Below, in pieces: positions 26,437-30,063 of a stretch of DNA of 30,063 bases. Both the position numbers and the translations under genes were made by a program. Under the pieces are notes generated by a model. It saw only the letters and a list, made by a program, of their open reading frames with translations. It was not told the origin of the DNA and made no database searches. The stretch's first letter is position 1. Each line of letters begins with the position of its first letter. The DNA lies in NCBI GenBank assembly GCA_048887225.1, contig JBHLJY010000026.1, positions 1 through 30,063 of the forward strand. Direction: 5' to 3'. The stretch comes from Candidatus Hodarchaeota archaeon (GTDB taxonomy: Archaea; Asgardarchaeota; Lokiarchaeia; Sigyniarchaeales; SOKP01).

Positions 26437-27921
26437 TTAAGTTTTTAATTTTTTTATCAAGTTCTCTCTTAAAGATTTAGCTTTTTCAACATTTTCGACT
26501 CTTTTTAGATACTTTTGATATAATTCGTTTTTATCTTTATTTAGGGATTGAATAAATTTGTTGACTTCATTTTTTGATGGAGATCCTTGACTTATACGCT
26601 TATCTAAGCATGTATTTAAATCTATTAACGATTCTACAAAGTTTTCGGACAAACCAATTTTCTTATTTTCGATATCTAAAATTGCCTTTTCAATATTTTT
26701 CTTTATGAGAAGATCTTGTGGATTTTTAGATTCTCTTACTAATTTCGCCACAATTTTATGAGATTGCCGAAAAGGAATGTTATACTCGTTGACCAATAAT
26801 TCTGCAAGGTCTAACGCTAATATAAAACTCTCGTTAACTGCTTTTAACATATTATCCTTATTAACTTTAATCGTAGAAAAGAGTCCTATAAGCATTTCTA
26901 TAATCGACAATAATAAATCAAAGGAATTTTTTATTAACATTTTTAATTCTTGAAAATCTCTTAAGTAGCCTGATGGAGTTGCTTTTATTATCATAGTTGC
27001 TGCAAATAAATTTGATACAATTTTTGAAGTTTTACTCCTGATAAGCTCTAATGTATCTGGATTTTTCTTTTGAGGCATAACACTTGATACCGAGCAAAAT
27101 TCGTCATCCAACTCGATAAAATCAAATTCTTTTGAAGACCAAATTAATAAATCTTCTGAGATCCTTGAAAATTGGAGTGATATTAATGATAAGCACATTA
27201 AAGTTTCAAGAATATAATCTTTGGAACTAATTGCATCTATTGAATTTTCAACTACTCCTTGAAAACCTAACAATTCTGCTGTTCTTTTTCTATCTATATT
27301 TATACTTGTACCACCTATCGCGCAGGCTCCAAGAGGATTTAAATTATTTCTATTATAAACTTCCTCTACTCGCTCCAAAGATCTTAAAATCTGAGCAACA
27401 TAATTATTTAAATAATGAGAAAATACGCCTAATTGCCCTCTTTGAAGATGTGTATAGAGAGGCATAAAAATATTTATTGCACTTTTTGATTGAGTAAGTA
27501 AAACATTAGATAGCTCAAATAGCATTTTAGACAGATCGTTTAATTCATTTCTTATTTTTAATCTAATATCAACAGATACTTGATCGTTCCTAGATCGTCC
27601 AGTATGAATTTTACCACCAACTTCAATTCCAATCTCATCAATAACACACTTTTCGATGAGTGGATGAATATCTTCAAAACTTTCGTCTAATTCGAGTTGA
27701 TTGTTTAGCAATTTATTTCTAATATTTTCAAGGGATGTTAAAATCATTTTTATTTCATTTTTATTTAATACACCCTGTTCAAATAACATGATATTGTGAA
27801 CTTCGGTCCCTATTATATCTTCTTCCGCAATCCATAAGTCTTCCTTCAATGAAGATAAAAATTTTAAGACTTTCTTATCTAGAGGTGCTTCTATTCTGGT
27901 TCTATATATATCTTTTCCCAT
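26437..27921 (-). CDS. argH: Argininosuccinate lyase
   Basis: EDIH, HTGRSRNDQV, YTHLQ, SSVMPQKKNPD. Confidence 0.96.
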   Translation of the reverse strand: MGKDIYRTRIEAPLDKKVLKFLSSLKEDLWIAEEDIIGTEVHNIMLFEQGVLNKNEIKMILTSLENIRNKLLNNQLELDESFEDIHPLIEKCVIDEIGIEVGGKIHTGRSRNDQVSVDIRLKIRNELNDLSKMLFELSNVLLTQSKSAINIFMPLYTHLQRGQLGVFSHYLNNYVAQILRSLERVEEVYNRNNLNPLGACAIGGTSINIDRKRTAELLGFQGVVENSIDAISSKDYILETLMCLSLISLQFSRISEDLLIWSSKEFDFIELDDEFCSVSSVMPQKKNPDTLELIRSKTSKIVSNLFAATMIIKATPSGYLRDFQELKMLIKNSFDLLLSIIEMLIGLFSTIKVNKDNMLKAVNESFILALDLAELLVNEYNIPFRQSHKIVAKLVRESKNPQDLLIKKNIEKAILDIENKKIGLSENFVESLIDLNTCLDKRISQGSPSKNEVNKFIQSLNKDKNELYQKYLKRVENVEKAKSLRENLIKKLKT

Positions 27922-28311
27922 CTTTCTTCAATCAAACTTAGTGATATTTTTAAATTAATTAAATATAGGATATAATGGAGATCGCTTATGAACTTTGTGT
28001 TACACTTTTTTGAATTTTAAGTATAATTTCTATTATAATTAATATTGTTTTTTATACTTATAAGAGCAAAGGTTATTAACATTTAAATTCGGGTAATAAA
28101 AGAGTAAGTCTTTTAACCTAAAGTAAAATGCTTTTTTATTTGAATTTTGTCGGATAAAAGAAGATGATTTATTATCAATCTTTAAAACGAATATTAAATA
28201 TTTTTTATTAAAGAAATTTCCAATTAATTTTAAGTAGGTCTAGGTAATTTACATAATTTACCAAGGAAAAATGAATAAATTTTAAGGAAAATATTTTTTT
28301 ATATATTAATT

Positions 28312-29520
28312 GTGACAGTTATATTTGGCATAGTTGGGAAACCTAGCAGCGGAAAATCTACTTTTTTAAACGCAGCATGCTTAACTCATGCTAAAGTTGG
28401 TGAATTGCCTTTCACTACGATTGAAGCAAATAAAGGAGTGGCATATATAAAAACTGACTGTGTTTGTAAGGAATTAAATGTTGAAGATGATCCAAAAAAT
28501 TCAATTTGTTTAGACGGGAATCGGTTTATACCAATAAATTTATTAGATGTAGCAGGTTTAGTTCCAGATGCTCATAAGGGTAAAGGATTAGGGAATAAGT
28601 TCTTAAATGATCTAAGCAGAGCTGATGTGCTCTTACATATTGTTGATATGACGGGAGCCCTTGATAAATCAGGAAATAGAGTTGCTATGGGCGAAAATGA
28701 TCCTTATGATGATGTTTTATTTTTAAGAGAGGAAATAGATTATTGGGTTAAGGATATCCTTAGCAGAGAGGACTGGGATAAATTTACAAAAATTTCAAGA
28801 GACAAAAAAAAAATAATAAAAGATTTATATAAAAGACTTTCAGGTTTAAAAATTAATCAACAACACGTCATCACAGCCTTAAAGGATTCAAACTTGGAAG
28901 ATAAGGCAGCAGCACAATGGACCGAGGATGAAAAATTAATGTTTTCAAAAACTATTAGAAAACTTTCAAAACCGATTTTGATTATCGCAAATAAAATTGA
29001 TAAAGAGATTAGTGTGAAAAATCTTGAAGAAATAAAGAAGAAATATGATGGACCGATAATACCATGTAGCGCGCTGGCAGAATATTTTTTACGAAAATAT
29101 CATGAAGAGAAAATTGTAAATTATATCCCTGGATCTACTGATTTCCAAATTATTAATAAAGATAAGTTGAGTTCTGATGAATTTGAAACATTATCCAAAA
29201 TAAAAAGTCAGATCTTAGAAAAGTTTAATGGGACGGGAGTTCAAGCATCACTAAATTATGCTAGTTTTGATATATCAAACCTTATTGCTGTTTATCCCGT
29301 TTCAGATATAAATAATTTTTCTGATAAAGATAATAATGTCCTACCTGATGTTTTTTTAGTTAAACAGGGAACATTATTAAGAGAGTTTGTTGGTGAAAAA
29401 ATTCATACTGATTTAGCTAAGCATTTTATACATGGGATTGATGCTAGAACAAAGAAGAGATTAGGAGAAAATTATGAACTGCAGCATAATGATATCGTAA
29501 AAATAGTTTCAGCTAAATGA
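28312..29520 (+). CDS. ychF: Archaeal YchF/Obg-family translation-associated NTPase with TGS domain
   Basis: GKPSSGKST, PFTTI, DVAGLVPDAH.G.GLGNKFL, NKID, IHTDL. Confidence 0.92.
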   Translation: MTVIFGIVGKPSSGKSTFLNAACLTHAKVGELPFTTIEANKGVAYIKTDCVCKELNVEDDPKNSICLDGNRFIPINLLDVAGLVPDAHKGKGLGNKFLNDLSRADVLLHIVDMTGALDKSGNRVAMGENDPYDDVLFLREEIDYWVKDILSREDWDKFTKISRDKKKIIKDLYKRLSGLKINQQHVITALKDSNLEDKAAAQWTEDEKLMFSKTIRKLSKPILIIANKIDKEISVKNLEEIKKKYDGPIIPCSALAEYFLRKYHEEKIVNYIPGSTDFQIINKDKLSSDEFETLSKIKSQILEKFNGTGVQASLNYASFDISNLIAVYPVSDINNFSDKDNNVLPDVFLVKQGTLLREFVGEKIHTDLAKHFIHGIDARTKKRLGENYELQHNDIVKIVSAK

Positions 29521-29593
29521 CGCTCATGAAAAGTATTACTCTTCTTTTGATGATAAAATAATGTAAACTAATATTATAATTATCAAGATAATT

Positions 29594-29659
29594 CCGAGAA
29601 GAATTAGTACAAAATTATAAACTTCTACTGGGTCGAATTCTGTATCTAATTCCGGTTCT
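29594..29659. other. Long imperfect inverted repeat (hairpin)
   Basis: GAATTAG-TACAAAATT (29601-29616) pairs with AATTCTGTA-T-CTAATTC (29636-29652). Flanking AGAA/TTCT and CCG/CGG extend it. Confidence 0.6.
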
Positions 29660-29813
29660 TGAAGTAAGAAAAGAACGATAAATAAAACGAAACTAAAAAA
29701 TTTCATGCTAGTATTAGAATAAGAAGAAATATTTAAAAAAATTTCTCATTTTTTATGCGTTCTTTAATTTAAGAGCTTTATAATACTTAATAATAAAAGT
29801 GGTTTATTTTAGA

Positions 29814-29914
29814 TGGACCTGACGGGAATTGAACCCGTGACCTCTTGAATGCAAGTCTTGCTTATTCATATATATGAATAATTATCAAGCGATCTTCCGC
29901 TGATCTACAGGCCC
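29814..29914 (-). tRNA. tRNA-Ala(TGC) with a 29-nt intron at 32/33 (29855-29883)
   Basis: GGGCCTG/CAGGTCC acceptor with G3:U70; CTTGA-TTTGCAT-TCAAG after splicing; BHB central helix CTTG/CAAG. Confidence 0.93.
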
Positions 29915-29986
29915 AGTTAAAAAATAGGAAGGAGAAAAAGAAGTTTAATAAGAATTCCCTAAAAAAACTTACATCTTTTTTAATAG

Positions 29987-30063
<77 letters not shown>

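Noticed and set aside
31-27467. Short alternative-frame or antisense ORFs (31, 3023, 3578, 6573, 9096, 13958, 14430, 14874, 16238, 17769, 18705, 19140, 21966, 23404, 25083, 27231)
   Set aside because: They lie within or overlap well-supported genes and show no recognisable motifs.
29518-29660. Possible SECIS element or read-through after the ychF TGA
   Set aside because: The protein ends at the normal TGS C-terminus, another in-frame TGA follows after two codons, and the hairpins lack a convincing AUGA/GA core with the proper helix length.

Overview
AT-rich archaeal chromosomal window, most likely from an Asgard archaeon (Lokiarchaeia-like). That assignment is inferred from TFB, RpoP, thermosome and aIF1 genes occurring with eukaryotic-signature genes: a profilin, a Rab-like small GTPase, a tandem roadblock protein, a RING finger protein and a PAC4-like chaperone. 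There are about 28 CDSs, mostly housekeeping, five minus-strand tRNA genes and the 3' end of a 16S rRNA gene. No mobile element or CRISPR array is evident. Main observations: (1) All five tRNAs are interrupted, with nine insertions in total and only one at canonical 37/38. They include a triple-interrupted tRNA-Asn with a 60-nt T-arm insert, and introns that appear to be built from tRNA exon sequence. (2) The aIF1/SUI1 and ThiI-like genes cannot encode their conserved N-termini from any ATG/GTG/TTG and appear to start at ATC/ATT. For aIF1 this suggests start-codon-based autoregulation. (3) The profilin is fused to a C-terminal helical domain. (4) 16S-tRNA-Ala is followed not by 23S but by a long hairpin. 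All calls come from reading motifs by eye; no database searches were run.
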